Assembly: GCA_963797085.1 (NCBI GenBank)
Contig: CAWCOA010000025.1
Coordinates: forward strand, 80,065-144,064
Origin: an uncultured Gammaproteobacteria bacterium
GTDB lineage: Bacteria > Pseudomonadota > Gammaproteobacteria > Chromatiales > Chromatiaceae
Direction of reading: 5' to 3'
Length of the DNA stretch: 64,000 nucleotides
Shown here: one piece after another, positions 1 through 10,836 of the stretch
Numbering within the stretch: the stretch's first letter is position 1
How the letters are laid out: each line of letters starts with the position of its first letter
The notes under the pieces: model-generated
Databases searched by the model: none
Seen by the model: only the letters and a program-made list of their open reading frames with translations
Told to the model about the DNA's origin: nothing
Translations under genes and position numbers: made by a program

Positions 1-2547
1 CCCGTCAATCTCGAAGACGAGATGCGTCAATCCTATCTCGATTACGCCATGAGCGTGATCGTCGGGCGGGCATTGCCCGATGTTCGGGATGGTCTGAAGC
101 CGGTCCATCGTCGTGCTCTGTTTGCCATGAGCGTACTTGGCAACGACTGGAACAAACCCTATAAAAAATCCGCGCGCATTGTGGGTGATGTGATTGGTAA
201 GTATCACCCGCATGGTGATACGGCTGTCTACGACACCATTGTGCGCATGGCCCAACCCTTTTCCATGCGCTACATGCTGGTGGACGGGCAGGGTAACTTC
301 GGTTCTGTCGACGGTGACTCTCCCGCCGCTATGCGTTACACGGAAATACGCATGGCCAAGATCGCCCATACCATGCTGGACGATCTGGATAAGGAGACAG
401 TTGATTTCGTTCCAAACTACGATGATTCAGAGCATGAGCCGGCGGTCCTGCCCGCCCGTGCGCCCAACCTGCTGATCAACGGATCTGCCGGTATTGCGGT
501 GGGTATGGCGACTAATGTACCACCGCATAACCTGAATGAAGTGATCGATGCCTGCATAGCGGTGATCGACGATGAAACAATCAGCATCAATGACCTGATG
601 CAACATGTGCCGGGCCCGGACTTTCCTACTGCAGGCCTGATCAATGGCGCCAAGGGGATCAAAGAGGCTTATCACACCGGGCGTGGCATCATTTATATGC
701 GCGCACGTACTGAGATAGAGACAAATCCCGCCACCGGCAAACAGACTATTTTGGTTCATGAACTGCCTTACCAGGTGAATAAGGCGCGCATGATCGAAAA
801 GATCGCGGAGCTGGTGAAGGATAAACGCCTCGAAGGTATCACTGAGTTACGGGATGAGTCTGATAAGGACGGCATGCGCGTGGTCATTGAACTGCGCCGG
901 GGCGAGGTGGCGGAAGTAGTCTTGAATAACCTCTTCCAGCAGACCGCCATGCAGAGCGTCTTTGGTATCAACATGGTGGCGCTGGTGGATGGCCGGCCGC
1001 GGCTGCTCAATCTCAAGCAAATGCTGGAATACTTTATCCGGCACCGTCGGGAAGTGGTGACCCGGCGTACCCTGTATGAACTGCGCAAGGCGCGCGACAG
1101 GGCCCATGTCCTCGAAGGTCTGGCTGTTGCCCTGGCCAACATTGATGAAGTGATCCAACTCATCAAACAAGCGGCGAGCCCGGCGGATGCCAAAAAAGCG
1201 CTGCTGGAGAAACGCTGGAAATCCGGCACCCTCGAGAAAATGCTCGAACGGACCGGCGCCAGCAGTACCCGACCGGAAGATCTGGCCCCTGAATTTGGCT
1301 TGACGGAGCAAGGATACCGGCTGACGGAGATTCAGGCCCAGGCTATCCTGGATCTTCGCCTGCACCGCCTGACAGGGCTCGAGCAGGATAAAATAATAAA
1401 GGAATACGAAGAGTTACTGGAAAAAATTGCTGATTTACTTGATATATTGAGCAATCCGGATCGCCTCATGCGGGTGATACGGGACGAACTCCTGGAGATC
1501 AAGCAGCAGTATGGAGACGAGCGCCGCACTGAAATCATCCAGACGCGTCTGGACCTGACCCTGGAGGATCTGATCACTGAAGAGGACGTGGTGGTCACAC
1601 TTTCCCATGGAGGTTATGCCAAGGCGCAACCGATCAGCAGCTACCAGGCGCAACGGCGGGGCGGCAAAGGCAAGATGGCGACAGCTACCAAGGATGAGGA
1701 TTTTGTCGATCAGCTCTTTGTGGCAAGTACCCACGACACCATTCTCTGCTTCTCAAATCTCGGTAAGGTCTATTGGCTGAAGGTCTACGAACTGCCCCAG
1801 GCGGGCCGCAATGCACGCGGCAAACCCATCGTAAACCTACTGCCCCTGGAGAAGGAGGAGCGGATCAATGCCATCCTCCCGGTGCGCGACTACACCGCTG
1901 ACCGTTATGTATTTATGGCGACCAGCGCGGGAACCGTTAAAAAGACGCCTTTGGAAGCCTTTTCCAGGCCCCGTGCTGGAGGCATTATTGCCGTTGATCT
2001 GCGTGATGGCGACAAACTGATCGGGGTGAATATCACCGATGGCCAACAGAACATTTTGCTGTTCAGCAGTTCCGGTAAGGCGGTTTGCTTCAATGAATCC
2101 AACGTACGCGCCATGGGCAGAACCGCCTGCGGCGTGAGAGGAATCCGCATGGGCAAGGGCCAGGTTCTGGTATCACTGATCGTGGCAAAGGAAGGTGATG
2201 TGCTTACGGTGACAGAAAACGGTTATGGCAAGCGCACGCCTGTGGCTGAATACCCGATACATAGCCGCGGTGGTCAGGGCGTTATTTCGATCCAGACTTC
2301 TGAGCGTAACGGTGCCGTGGTAGGTGCTGTGCAGGTGGTCGACGAGGACGAGGTGATGATGATCTCGGATGGCGGAACCCTGGTGCGCAATCGAGTTGCC
2401 GAAGTCTCACGCATGAGCCGAAACACTCAGGGTGTCATCATGATTCGCCTGCAAAAGAAGGAGAAGCTGATCGGTATTGAGCGTGTAGAGAACCTCAATT
2501 CCGATGAGGAAAGCGAGGCTGATGACGCTGATGCTGAGACTGAGTAA
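1..2547 (+). CDS. gyrA: DNA gyrase subunit A, 5'-partial (about 10 codons lie upstream of the window)
   Basis: Open in frame from nt 1 ([38 protein letters not shown]). QRDR motif [17 protein letters not shown] has Thr at the E. coli Ser83-equivalent (nt 220-222). C-terminal repeat domain and acidic tail are present; TAA at 2545-2547. Confidence 0.97.
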   Translation, partial: PVNLEDEMRQSYLDYAMSVIVGRALPDVRDGLKPVHRRALFAMSVLGNDWNKPYKKSARIVGDVIGKYHPHGDTAVYDTIVRMAQPFSMRYMLVDGQGNFGSVDGDSPAAMRYTEIRMAKIAHTMLDDLDKETVDFVPNYDDSEHEPAVLPARAPNLLINGSAGIAVGMATNVPPHNLNEVIDACIAVIDDETISINDLMQHVPGPDFPTAGLINGAKGIKEAYHTGRGIIYMRARTEIETNPATGKQTILVHELPYQVNKARMIEKIAELVKDKRLEGITELRDESDKDGMRVVIELRRGEVAEVVLNNLFQQTAMQSVFGINMVALVDGRPRLLNLKQMLEYFIRHRREVVTRRTLYELRKARDRAHVLEGLAVALANIDEVIQLIKQAASPADAKKALLEKRWKSGTLEKMLERTGASSTRPEDLAPEFGLTEQGYRLTEIQAQAILDLRLHRLTGLEQDKIIKEYEELLEKIADLLDILSNPDRLMRVIRDELLEIKQQYGDERRTEIIQTRLDLTLEDLITEEDVVVTLSHGGYAKAQPISSYQAQRRGGKGKMATATKDEDFVDQLFVASTHDTILCFSNLGKVYWLKVYELPQAGRNARGKPIVNLLPLEKEERINAILPVRDYTADRYVFMATSAGTVKKTPLEAFSRPRAGGIIAVDLRDGDKLIGVNITDGQQNILLFSSSGKAVCFNESNVRAMGRTACGVRGIRMGKGQVLVSLIVAKEGDVLTVTENGYGKRTPVAEYPIHSRGGQGVISIQTSERNGAVVGAVQVVDEDEVMMISDGGTLVRNRVAEVSRMSRNTQGVIMIRLQKKEKLIGIERVENLNSDEESEADDADAETE

Positions 2548-2614
2548 GAGACCAATATCAGGTCTTTTATTAACTCGAAATAAAATATATTAAACAATAA
2601 GTTGAGAGGATAAG

Positions 2615-3697
2615 ATGTCACGAGTCTTTAACTTTAGCGCAGGCCCGGCAGCCCTGCCGGAAGCGGTGCTGAAACAGGCCCAGGAAGAAATGCTAGACTG
2701 GCACGGCGCCGGTATGTCAGTGATGGAAATGAGCCATCGCGGCAAGGAGTTTATGTCGATTGCCGAGCGGGCGGAGGCTGATCTGCGGGATCTGCTGGCG
2801 GTACCGGATAATTACAAGGTGCTGTTTCTGCAGGGTGGCGCATCCAGCCAGTTTGGCATGGTGCCGATGAATCTGACCCGTGATAAACGCAAGGTCGATT
2901 ATATCAATACCGGTTCTTGGTCGAAAAAGGCCATCGCCGAGGCGAAGCGCTATTGTGATGTCAATCTGGCTGCGGATACTGGAGCTTCGAATTTTACCAA
3001 GACTCCCGAACAGGCCGACCTCAACCTGAGTGGAGATGCAGCCTATGTCCACTACACTCCGAATGAGACCATCCAGGGTGTAGAGTTTCCCTACGTACCG
3101 GATACCGGTGATGTCCCATTGGTGGCTGACTTCTCATCCACCATCCTTTCACGGCCCATCGATGTCTCGAATTACGGCATTATCTACGCAGGCGCCCAGA
3201 AGAATATCGGGCCTGCCGGCCTTACTCTGGTGATTGTCCGGGAAGATCTGATTGGCAATGCCATTGACGGCACTCCGGCGATGTTTCAATACAGCACTCA
3301 TGCGGATGCCGGCTCCATGTACAACACGCCACCTACCTATGGCTGGTATCTTGCAGGCCTGGTTTTCCAATGGCTGAAAGAGAAGGGTGGTCTTGCAGCG
3401 ATGGCAGAAATTAATCAGCGCAAGGCAATGGCTTTGTATGACGCTATCGATCAATCAGGTTTCTACGCCAACCCGGTCGAGTTGAAAAGCCGCTCCTGGA
3501 TGAATGTGCCGTTTATTCTGGCCGATGCCAAACTGGATGCAAAATTTCTCGAAGAGGCAAGCAGCGCTGGTTTGAAAACCCTTAAAGGACACCGTTCAGT
3601 GGGCGGCATGCGGGCGAGCATCTATAACGCCATGCCCGAAGAAGGGGTCAAGGCGCTGATCGATTTCATGGCCGAATTTGAGCGAAAATACGCTTGA
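2615..3697 (+). CDS. serC: phosphoserine aminotransferase
   Basis: 360-aa ORF. N-terminus [16 protein letters not shown] and the PLP-lysine region [21 protein letters not shown] are typical SerC. GAGAGGA lies upstream of the ATG, and the position after gyrA is conserved. Confidence 0.95.
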   Translation: MSRVFNFSAGPAALPEAVLKQAQEEMLDWHGAGMSVMEMSHRGKEFMSIAERAEADLRDLLAVPDNYKVLFLQGGASSQFGMVPMNLTRDKRKVDYINTGSWSKKAIAEAKRYCDVNLAADTGASNFTKTPEQADLNLSGDAAYVHYTPNETIQGVEFPYVPDTGDVPLVADFSSTILSRPIDVSNYGIIYAGAQKNIGPAGLTLVIVREDLIGNAIDGTPAMFQYSTHADAGSMYNTPPTYGWYLAGLVFQWLKEKGGLAAMAEINQRKAMALYDAIDQSGFYANPVELKSRSWMNVPFILADAKLDAKFLEEASSAGLKTLKGHRSVGGMRASIYNAMPEEGVKALIDFMAEFERKYA

Positions 3698-3835
3698 ATG
3701 AGCGCTTTCGAGGACTTTGAGTGATTTAGTTATTTAAAGCATTATATTAAGTTATATATGTAACAATTTGATATTGTTATTAACTAAATGCTAACTCTCA
3801 GTCTCTCAACGACGAATACAACAAAGAGTGGGTTC

Positions 3836-5017
3836 ATGTACAAAATTCTTACCTTAAACAATATCTCGGTGGCCGGGCTGAATAGGCTGCCTCGAGACAG
3901 TTATGAAGTGGCATCTGAGATGACACACCCGGATGCCATCATGCTGCGCTCGTATAAAATGCATGATATGGAGATACCTGCCACCGTCAAGGCAATTGGA
4001 CGCGCAGGAGCGGGGGTCAACAACATCCCGGTGGAAAAGATGACTGCCAAAGGTATTCCTGTATTCAACGCACCGGGCGCCAATGCCAATGCGGTCAAGG
4101 AACTGGTCATCGCCGGTATGTTGATAGCGGTGCGTAACATTCTCCCATCCTGGAGGTTCGCTGCCGGACTGAATGGCAGCGATGAGGATGTCAGCAAGGC
4201 GGTGGAGGCGGGTAAGAAGCAATTTCGTGGTTTCGAATTGCCTGGGCGCACCCTGGGCGTGATCGGGCTCGGAGCAATTGGTGTCAAGGTTGCCAACACC
4301 GCCCGCGCCTTGGGCATGGATGTGCTGGGCTATGATCCCACCATCACGGTTAAAAGCGCTTGGCAACTAGATTCGGACATCAAACAGGCCGTGTCACCGG
4401 ACGATCTGGTTGCCAGATCCGACTTCATTACCCTGCATGTCCCGCTCATAGAAGCGACGCGTAATCAGATCAGCGCCGAACGAATCAAGATGATGAAACG
4501 TGGTGCGGTGATCCTCAACTTTGCCCGCAATGGTCTGGTGGATGACGAAGCCGTGGTCAAGGCCTTGGATGAAGGACAGCTTTACGCCTATGTCTGCGAT
4601 TTCCCGAGTAATCTATTGAAAGATCATCCCAGAGTGGTGACTTTGCCCCATCTGGGGGCCTCCACTATCGAGGCAGAGGAAAATTGCGCCATCATGGTGG
4701 CTGATGAAGTGCGGGATTGGCTGGAGAATGGCAATATCTCCAATGCGGTCAATTTTCCGGATATCAATCTGCCCCGTAACGGGGGGTACCGGCTCGCGGT
4801 TGTGAATAGTAATGTTCCCAATATGGTGGGGCAGATCTCCACCGATCTGGGCAAAGATGGCTTGAATATCCTGGACATGCTGAATCGATCCCGGGAGAAC
4901 ATTGCAGTCACTTTGCTGGACGTGGATAAAGAACCTTCTCAGCACTTACAGGATGAGCTGAAGAAAATCGAAGGGGTACTCTCGGTGCGGTGCCTGGGTT
5001 GCACGAAAGAACAATAA
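3836..5017 (+). CDS. serA: D-3-phosphoglycerate dehydrogenase (2-hydroxyacid dehydrogenase with C-terminal ACT-like domain)
   Basis: Contains MYKILTLNN..GRAGAGVNNIPV, the NAD fold GRTLGVIGLGAIGVKVA, HVPL, PHLGASTIEAEEN, and a C-terminal regulatory domain (YRLAVVNSNVPNMVGQIST). I chose ATG 3836 (AAGAG 8 nt upstream) over the track start 3788. Confidence 0.85.
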   Translation: MYKILTLNNISVAGLNRLPRDSYEVASEMTHPDAIMLRSYKMHDMEIPATVKAIGRAGAGVNNIPVEKMTAKGIPVFNAPGANANAVKELVIAGMLIAVRNILPSWRFAAGLNGSDEDVSKAVEAGKKQFRGFELPGRTLGVIGLGAIGVKVANTARALGMDVLGYDPTITVKSAWQLDSDIKQAVSPDDLVARSDFITLHVPLIEATRNQISAERIKMMKRGAVILNFARNGLVDDEAVVKALDEGQLYAYVCDFPSNLLKDHPRVVTLPHLGASTIEAEENCAIMVADEVRDWLENGNISNAVNFPDINLPRNGGYRLAVVNSNVPNMVGQISTDLGKDGLNILDMLNRSRENIAVTLLDVDKEPSQHLQDELKKIEGVLSVRCLGCTKEQ

Positions 5018-5123
5018 TAAATGAGGTGTTTGCACAGCTTCGGTTTGCACTTTTACATCGCCGTCAGGGAGTGCGAAGAACAGTTTGGCCAGCACCTCTC
5101 ATGATCAATTTAAGTTGCAGCAT

Positions 5124-6209
5124 ATGAGTGATGACCAGAAACTAAACGCTATCCGCGAACGCATAGACACATTGGACCAGGAGATCCAAGATCTACTCAA
5201 TGAACGGGCTCAGGCCGCCCAGGAAGTAGCGCGTATCAAATTGGCTACCAACCCAAATGCGGAATTTTATCGGCCTGAACGCGAAGCGGATGTACTGCGC
5301 AAGGTCAAGGAGCGTAATACCGGACCGCTGGACGGGGAAGAGATGGCCCGACTGTTTCGTGAGATCATGTCGGCCTGCCTGGCGCTCGAGCAACCCCTCA
5401 AGGTGGCATTTCTTGGTCCTGCAGGCACCTTCACCCAGGCAGCGGCATTAAAACACTTTGGTCACTCGGTACAGACCATTTCATTGGGTTCAATTCCCGA
5501 TGTCTTCAGGGAAGTGGAATCCAGCACCTGTCACTATGGAATCGTACCGGTCGAGAACTCTACGGAAGGTGTTGTCAGTCATACCCTGGATACCTTTTTG
5601 AACTCACCTTTGCACATTTGCGGCGAAGTGAGCTTACGCATTCATCACCATTTGATGAGCAAGGCGGCGGCACTTGAGAGTGTGAAATTGATCTATTCAC
5701 ACCAGCAGTCGCTGGCCCAATGCCGTGGCTGGCTCGATCGACATCTACCCCATGCAGAGCGAATTTCCGTAGGCAGCAACGCCGAGGCCGCGTCCCTGGC
5801 CATGGATAGCATCAGCACGGCCGCGATAGCCGGGGAGGCAGCAGCGGAAATCTATCAGGTTCCGATACTTGAGAAAAACATCGAAGACGAACCCGGGAAT
5901 ACAACCCGATTCCTGGTGATAGGTAAAAAGGATGCCTTACCAAGCGGCGATGATAAAACCAGTCTGATGTTCTCCATGCACAATAAGGCGGGTGGGCTTC
6001 ACTCGATACTTGCCCCCTTGGCGGAGCATGGCATCAGCATGACACGGATAGAATCGCGTCCTTCTCGCCGTGGCCGGTGGGATTATGTCTTCTTCGTGGA
6101 TATTGAAGGTCATAGAAAGGATGAGAAGGTAGCGATCGCTCTGCAGGTGCTGGAACGGGCAGCAACCTTGTTCAGGATTCTGGGTTCATACCCAAAAGCC
6201 GTTTTGTAG
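5124..6209 (+). CDS. pheA: bifunctional chorismate mutase / prephenate dehydratase (P-protein)
   Basis: Three parts are recognisable: the chorismate mutase helix LNAIRERIDTLDQEIQDLLNERA, the dehydratase core VAFLGPAGTFTQAA..VPVENSTEG, and an ACT domain with MTRIESRPSRRGRWDYVFFVD. ATG 5124 is preferred to the TTG at 5085. Confidence 0.93.
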   Translation: MSDDQKLNAIRERIDTLDQEIQDLLNERAQAAQEVARIKLATNPNAEFYRPEREADVLRKVKERNTGPLDGEEMARLFREIMSACLALEQPLKVAFLGPAGTFTQAAALKHFGHSVQTISLGSIPDVFREVESSTCHYGIVPVENSTEGVVSHTLDTFLNSPLHICGEVSLRIHHHLMSKAAALESVKLIYSHQQSLAQCRGWLDRHLPHAERISVGSNAEAASLAMDSISTAAIAGEAAAEIYQVPILEKNIEDEPGNTTRFLVIGKKDALPSGDDKTSLMFSMHNKAGGLHSILAPLAEHGISMTRIESRPSRRGRWDYVFFVDIEGHRKDEKVAIALQVLERAATLFRILGSYPKAVL

Positions 6210-6281
6210 ATGCAGATGCCGGTAATAGCCCGAACCAACGGCGATATGCAGTGTAGATCGACGATAAACGGAAAACCAACA

Positions 6282-7403
6282 ATGAACCGCTTTAGTGCAC
6301 TCGCAACACCAGGAATAAACGGACTGCATCCCTATGTGCCCGGTAAGCCCATCTCGGAACTCGAACGGGAACTCGGCATCACCGATTCCATCAAGCTGGC
6401 CTCCAATGAGAATCCGCTGGGACCAAGCCCACTGGGTATGGCAGCCGCCGCTGATGCGGTGAGCGATGTCAATATCTATCCGGACGATTCGGCTTTTCGC
6501 TTGCGCAACACCCTCGCAAAAAAATTCGCCGTGGAGGCGGGTTTGATCGTCGTCGGCAGCGGTTCAAGCGACGTGATCGATATGGTGGCGCGGACATTTC
6601 TAGGGCCTGGAAAAAATGCTGTTTTCTCCGAACATGCCTTTGCCATGTATCCAATCTATACACAAGCGGTGGGGGCAGAGGGGAAAGTCGCGCGTCCACT
6701 ACCGCCGGATCACCCCAGCATGCCTTACGGTCACGACTTGTCAGCCATGGCAGCACTGGTGGATGATGAGACCCGGGTGGTGTTTATCGCCAATCCGAAC
6801 AATCCCACCGGCACCTGGCTGAATAAAACCGAGCTGAGCGCATTTCTGGACGGCCTGCCGGAACATCTGGTGGTAGTGCTGGACGAAGCCTACACAGAGT
6901 ATGTGAGCGAAGCTGCCTTTCCCAACGGACTGGAGCTGTTGTCTGCCCATCCGAACCTGATCGTTACCCGCACCTTCTCCAAGATCTATGGACTTGCGGG
7001 TTTGCGGGTCGGTTACGGGATAGCCAATGCCGAGCTGGCGGAATTAATCGGCCGCGTGCGCCATCCTTTCAATGTCAATAGCCCCGCACTTGCCGCCGCC
7101 GAGGCTGCCCTCGAAGATGCTGAATTTATCGATCGGAGTATCGAGGTCAATCGGCAGGGACTGACACAGCTGAGAGAGGGATTTGCCGCATTGGGGCTCG
7201 ATGCCATCCCTTCGGTAGCCAACTTCATGACAGTGGATCTGCAGCGCAGCGGGGCTGAGATTAACGATGCGCTACTCCGGGAGGGGGTGGTTGTGCGTCC
7301 GGTTGCTAATTACAAACTGCCTAACCATCTTCGGGTGAGCGTCGGAACAGCTGCGGAAAATAATCGATTTCTCTCTGCCCTGAAAAAGGTGCTCGGCAAA
7401 TGA
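6282..7403 (+). CDS. hisC: histidinol-phosphate / aromatic aminotransferase
   Basis: Class-II aminotransferase motifs LASNENPLGPSP, NPNNPTG and FSKIYGLAGLRVGY (PLP Lys). ATG 6282 (MNRFSALATPG) is in frame with the track ORF that starts at 6210. Confidence 0.9.
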   Translation: MNRFSALATPGINGLHPYVPGKPISELERELGITDSIKLASNENPLGPSPLGMAAAADAVSDVNIYPDDSAFRLRNTLAKKFAVEAGLIVVGSGSSDVIDMVARTFLGPGKNAVFSEHAFAMYPIYTQAVGAEGKVARPLPPDHPSMPYGHDLSAMAALVDDETRVVFIANPNNPTGTWLNKTELSAFLDGLPEHLVVVLDEAYTEYVSEAAFPNGLELLSAHPNLIVTRTFSKIYGLAGLRVGYGIANAELAELIGRVRHPFNVNSPALAAAEAALEDAEFIDRSIEVNRQGLTQLREGFAALGLDAIPSVANFMTVDLQRSGAEINDALLREGVVVRPVANYKLPNHLRVSVGTAAENNRFLSALKKVLGK

Positions 7404-8269
7404 TAAGGAAATTGGCGATCATTGGAGTCGGCCTGATTGGTGGGTCCATGGCCAGGGCACTGCGCGATGAGGGTCTGGTGCAGGAGATCGTTGGCTGCGG
7501 GCGGGGTAGGGCCAACCTGGAAAAGGCCGTGGAACTCGGGGTAATCGACCATTTCACCCATGATGTCTCTACTGCGGTGCAGGGCTCAGACTTCGTTGTA
7601 CTGGCCGTCCCACTGGGCGCCATGCGCAAAACATTTGAAATGATGAAAGACCACCTGGCGGATGATGTGGTAGTGACAGATGTGGGCAGCGTCAAGGGCA
7701 GCGTGATTGAGGATGCGAGGCTTGTATTCGGAGATGTACCGGATTTTTTCGTGCCGGGCCACCCTATAGCGGGAACCGAACGCAGTGGGGTCGAGGCCGC
7801 CTTTCCCGAACTGTTTCGCAACCGCAGGGTGATCCTGACCCCGGTGAAAAATACCGCCCAAGCTGCATTACAGCGTGTGGAACGGGTATGGCAACAATGC
7901 GGTGCGGAAACCACCTGCATGGAGATCAGGCATCATGATGAAGTACTTGCCGCCACCAGCCATCTACCACATATGCTGGCCTACGCCTTGGTAGACAGTC
8001 TGGCCAGGATGGAGCAAAACGATGAGATTTTCCGCTATGCAGCGGGTGGTTTTCGGGATTTTACCCGTATTGCCTCAAGCAATCCGACCATGTGGCGGGA
8101 TATCTGTCTCGCGAACCGGGAAGCGCTGGGCGTAATGTTGAAACGCTTTGCGGGCGAACTGCAGGATCTGGCGCATACCCTTGATGCAGAGGATGCGGAC
8201 GGCCTGTTAGCTATCTTCGAAGGCGCAAAGGCCGCCCGGGACCGTTACATTGACGGGGTAAAGCCATAA
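7400..8269 (+). CDS. tyrA: prephenate dehydrogenase
   Basis: Rossmann motif LAIIGVGLIGGSMARAL plus GHPIAGTERSG and HDEVLAATSHLPH. ATGA overlap with the hisC stop. It is a stand-alone gene, with no aroA fusion or aroA neighbour. Confidence 0.88.
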   Translation: MIRKLAIIGVGLIGGSMARALRDEGLVQEIVGCGRGRANLEKAVELGVIDHFTHDVSTAVQGSDFVVLAVPLGAMRKTFEMMKDHLADDVVVTDVGSVKGSVIEDARLVFGDVPDFFVPGHPIAGTERSGVEAAFPELFRNRRVILTPVKNTAQAALQRVERVWQQCGAETTCMEIRHHDEVLAATSHLPHMLAYALVDSLARMEQNDEIFRYAAGGFRDFTRIASSNPTMWRDICLANREALGVMLKRFAGELQDLAHTLDAEDADGLLAIFEGAKAARDRYIDGVKP

Positions 8270-8344
8270 ATAAAAAGTACCGCTATTTACTGTAAAGATA
8301 GCGATCTTGAATACCATTGCGAGCTACCGATAAAAAAACACGAG

Positions 8345-8773
8345 ATGGCAAAACAAGTCAACGCGTAAACCTCAGCTATGGACCAAGACTGACTTTGAGG
8401 TAAAAGAATCAGCAATCAAGGGTATTGGGAAAGGATTATTCGCGCTCGAACCATACTCCGGGGTGATACCATTGGGCCCTACACAGGGATCCTATTGAAC
8501 GACGAACAGTGCTATACCGAACCCTATGCCAGTTCTCACTATACCCTTTGGTTGTGCAAAGACACCAACATTGTGGCCGAGGGCAAGCAGGCAAGTTATA
8601 CGCGCTACATCAATCACAGCGATAAACCTAACGTGCGGTTTGTTGTGTCGACCCGCTGGAAGAAAGCACGCGTTGAGGCGACAAAACGAATCCGCCCAGG
8701 AGAGGAACTGTTCCTCGACTACGGCCCCTATTTTTGGGAAGCGGTCGGTATCGAGAAAAAGAGCCGAAAATAG
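8345..8773 (+). pseudogene. SET-domain protein gene disrupted by two indels
   Basis: Three frames are needed. ATG 8345 (MAKQVNA) stops at TAA 8366-8368. The next frame (..RKPQLWTKTDFEVKESAIKGIGKGLFALEP) stops at TGA 8496-8498. The third is ORF 8495-8773 (..ILRGDTIGPYTGILLNDEQ..YTRYINHSDKPNVRF..IRPGEELFLDYG). The motifs GxG..FA, YxG, NHS and ELxxDY are SET-domain hallmarks. Confidence 0.7.
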
Positions 8774-8930
8774 GCAGGGTAGGTAACGCGTGCTTCAATG
8801 CATAGCGCGGCAAGGAAGGAGATCATGCCAGACTCCATGCACCAGCAGGGTAATGAGAGAATAATCAGGCCGAGATTACCCATCCGCCGACTCGGCAGAG
8901 AGAACGGTAAATATAAAAGTTCAAATCACC

Positions 8931-9695
8931 TTGCCATGCTCAAAGTTTGCTTTCCGCATGGCCCCATCAACAACCTGTTCAGAGTCAGTCGCCTTTGTGA
9001 AAGCAGCGATGATCATCAATAACCTCCTGCCTGGCAGGCGCTATCCGTCACGTCCGCTGCAAAAACGGGATGATCTGCATGAGCACGATGATCCAAAGGC
9101 CATGGACCGGCTGGGTGTCACGTCAGATGATCTGCATAGCGCGTTGTTGGAGTACGGCGCTTTTCTGGACGTCAGCGAAGAGGATCTAAGCCAGGTTTAC
9201 AAAATGGCGGGAATGCATTCCTACCGGCGTAAAATGGGTGAGATCAGCTGTGCCGACATCATGTCCCGTGATCTGATAACCATGGAGTTTGGCACCGAGT
9301 TGGAAGAGGCATGGGCCCAGCTGCGTCTGCACAAGATCAAGGCGCTGCCTGTGATAGATCGGGCGCGCAGGGTGATCGGGATTGTCACCCTGGTGGATTT
9401 CCTGAAGCGCGCCAATCTCAAAACTTACGAAACCTTCGAGGATAAGCTGATTAAGTTTATCAAGCGCACCCCGACCGTGACCGCGGATAAACCTGAGGTC
9501 GTCGGCCAGATCATGGTATCTCCGGTGTATACCGCACAAGAAGAGATGCATATTGTGAATCTGGTGCCGTTGTTATCTGAAAAAGGGCTGCACCACATCC
9601 CGATTGTCGATGCAGAAAAGCGCCTGGTCGGTATGGTGACGCAGTCTGATCTGATCGCAGCGCTCTATGCAGGCGCGGTGGCTAAGCCTGAATAG
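8931..9695 (+). CDS. CBS-pair protein, probably the 3' part of an HPP-CBS membrane-protein gene that lost its 5' half
   Basis: Two CBS repeats: ADIMSRDLITMEFGTELEEAWAQLRLHKIKALPVID and GQIMVSPVYTAQEEMHIVNLVPLLSEKGLHHIPIVD. The in-frame N-terminus has ..NNLLPGRRYP.., which I recall as the HPP-to-CBS junction. No HPP transmembrane ORF exists in 8774-8990. The start is uncertain (ATG 8931, 9009 or 9102). Confidence 0.6.
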   Translation: MPCSKFAFRMAPSTTCSESVAFVKAAMIINNLLPGRRYPSRPLQKRDDLHEHDDPKAMDRLGVTSDDLHSALLEYGAFLDVSEEDLSQVYKMAGMHSYRRKMGEISCADIMSRDLITMEFGTELEEAWAQLRLHKIKALPVIDRARRVIGIVTLVDFLKRANLKTYETFEDKLIKFIKRTPTVTADKPEVVGQIMVSPVYTAQEEMHIVNLVPLLSEKGLHHIPIVDAEKRLVGMVTQSDLIAALYAGAVAKPE

Positions 9696-9740
9696 AGGTG
9701 AAAACCATACTATAGCGGCCCACTGGGGGGATCTGCTTTC

Positions 9741-10079
9741 TTAAACAGATCTTGGACCTAAAATGTAATTGAGCCCGTAAATATTCTCGATATCCTGTTC
9801 CAGGATTTTCTGATTAAATATTTCACCTGGTCGAACGGTGATGAATGAATCAATCACCTTATCTGATAGTGGTGATGACAATTGGTCGCGCTTGCTTAAT
9901 TCACCGCTCAAGTCGACAACAATCAATATGTCGGCGCCCAATTCTCGCCCAAGCTGTCCTGGCACATTGTTTGAAAAACCACCATCAACTAACAGTTTTC
10001 CACTCATTTCAATGGGTGTGAACACACCAGGGATTGACATGCTGGCACGCATGGCGATGACGATATCACCTTGAATCAA
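9741..10079 (-). pseudogene. internal remnant of a patatin-like phospholipase (PlpD-type, patatin + POTRA)
   Basis: Only ..MRASMSIPGVFTPIEMSGKLLVDGGFSNNVPG.. (the patatin DGG block) and a POTRA-like VRPGEIFNQKILEQDIENIYGL are present. The N-terminal GxGxxG/GxSxG region and any C-terminal barrel are absent. Confidence 0.75.
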
Positions 10080-10193
10080 TACTACCGCGTCACCTGTTTC
10101 GATATCAGAGGCGACAGCCCTAAAACGCGATCTGAACGAACAGTCTGATGACAGGGTGGGCTAGGTCGGCAATCTAGACTACTATTTCCTCAG

Positions 10194-10834
10194 CTACTCC
10201 CAAGTTGCAAAGCGTCCTTCCTCGGCCAGTTCGTGCATGACTCTATCAAGTTGCTGCATATATTCTGTTTTGTCGCCTTTCCAGGCGAGCTTCTCTCCGA
10301 CAAATACATCGCAGAAGAATGGTACTAATAACGCTTCTCCCCTAGGCAGCGCCTTTCCAAGTCCATGTAGATAGATTGGGATCACTGGGATCTCTTGATG
10401 ACGCTCGACCAAACGCGCAATGCCTTTCTTAAATCCAGCAAGGTGTTCAGGCTCACCACGGGTTCCCTCAGGAAAGAAGATCAGGAGCTTTCCCTGCTGC
10501 AGTGCTTGATCCACTGGGACAAGGGGGTCTTCACCTTTTACTCTGGTTTGTCGTTTCAAAGGAAGGATGCCAATAATGTTGAGTGCAAACCAGGCTAACA
10601 GGCTGTTACGCAGAAAATAGTCCATCGCCGCAACTGGCTGTACTTGAGGCAGCAACTTCACTGGCAACAAGGTCATGAGTACCAGCGTATCCAGATGACT
10701 GTTATGGTTAGCCACCAGGATTGCCGGCCCTTTTTTGGCAGCCTCTCTCGATGACGGACATTAAGCCCCAACATCACCATCACCACAAACCGGACAAAAA
10801 TATTAAAAAAAAGGAAGCGTAGAATTCTGTTCAC
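10194..10834 (-). pseudogene. PlsC-family lysophospholipid acyltransferase with homopolymer frameshift
   Basis: GTG 10832-10834 opens VNRILRFLFFNIFVRFVVMVMLGLNVRHRERLPKKG. The frame then changes to ..PAILVANHNSHLDTLVL (HX4D motif) ..FFPEGTRG. The frames join if the T6 run at 10731-10736 (A6 on the coding strand) had one more base. Confidence 0.8.
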
Positions 10835-10836
10835 GG

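Noticed and set aside
205-255. Possible quinolone-resistance substitution in the GyrA QRDR (Thr instead of Ser83)
   Set aside because: Thr at this position with Asp87 retained is the wild-type state in pseudomonads and many other gammaproteobacteria. It is not a resistance mutation.
3698-3835. AT-rich spacer between serC and serA with a TAACAAT-n5-ATTGTTA palindrome as a regulatory element
   Set aside because: It is a plausible promoter/operator region, but it is a single occurrence with no recognisable -35/-10 consensus or known binding motif. That is not enough to call.
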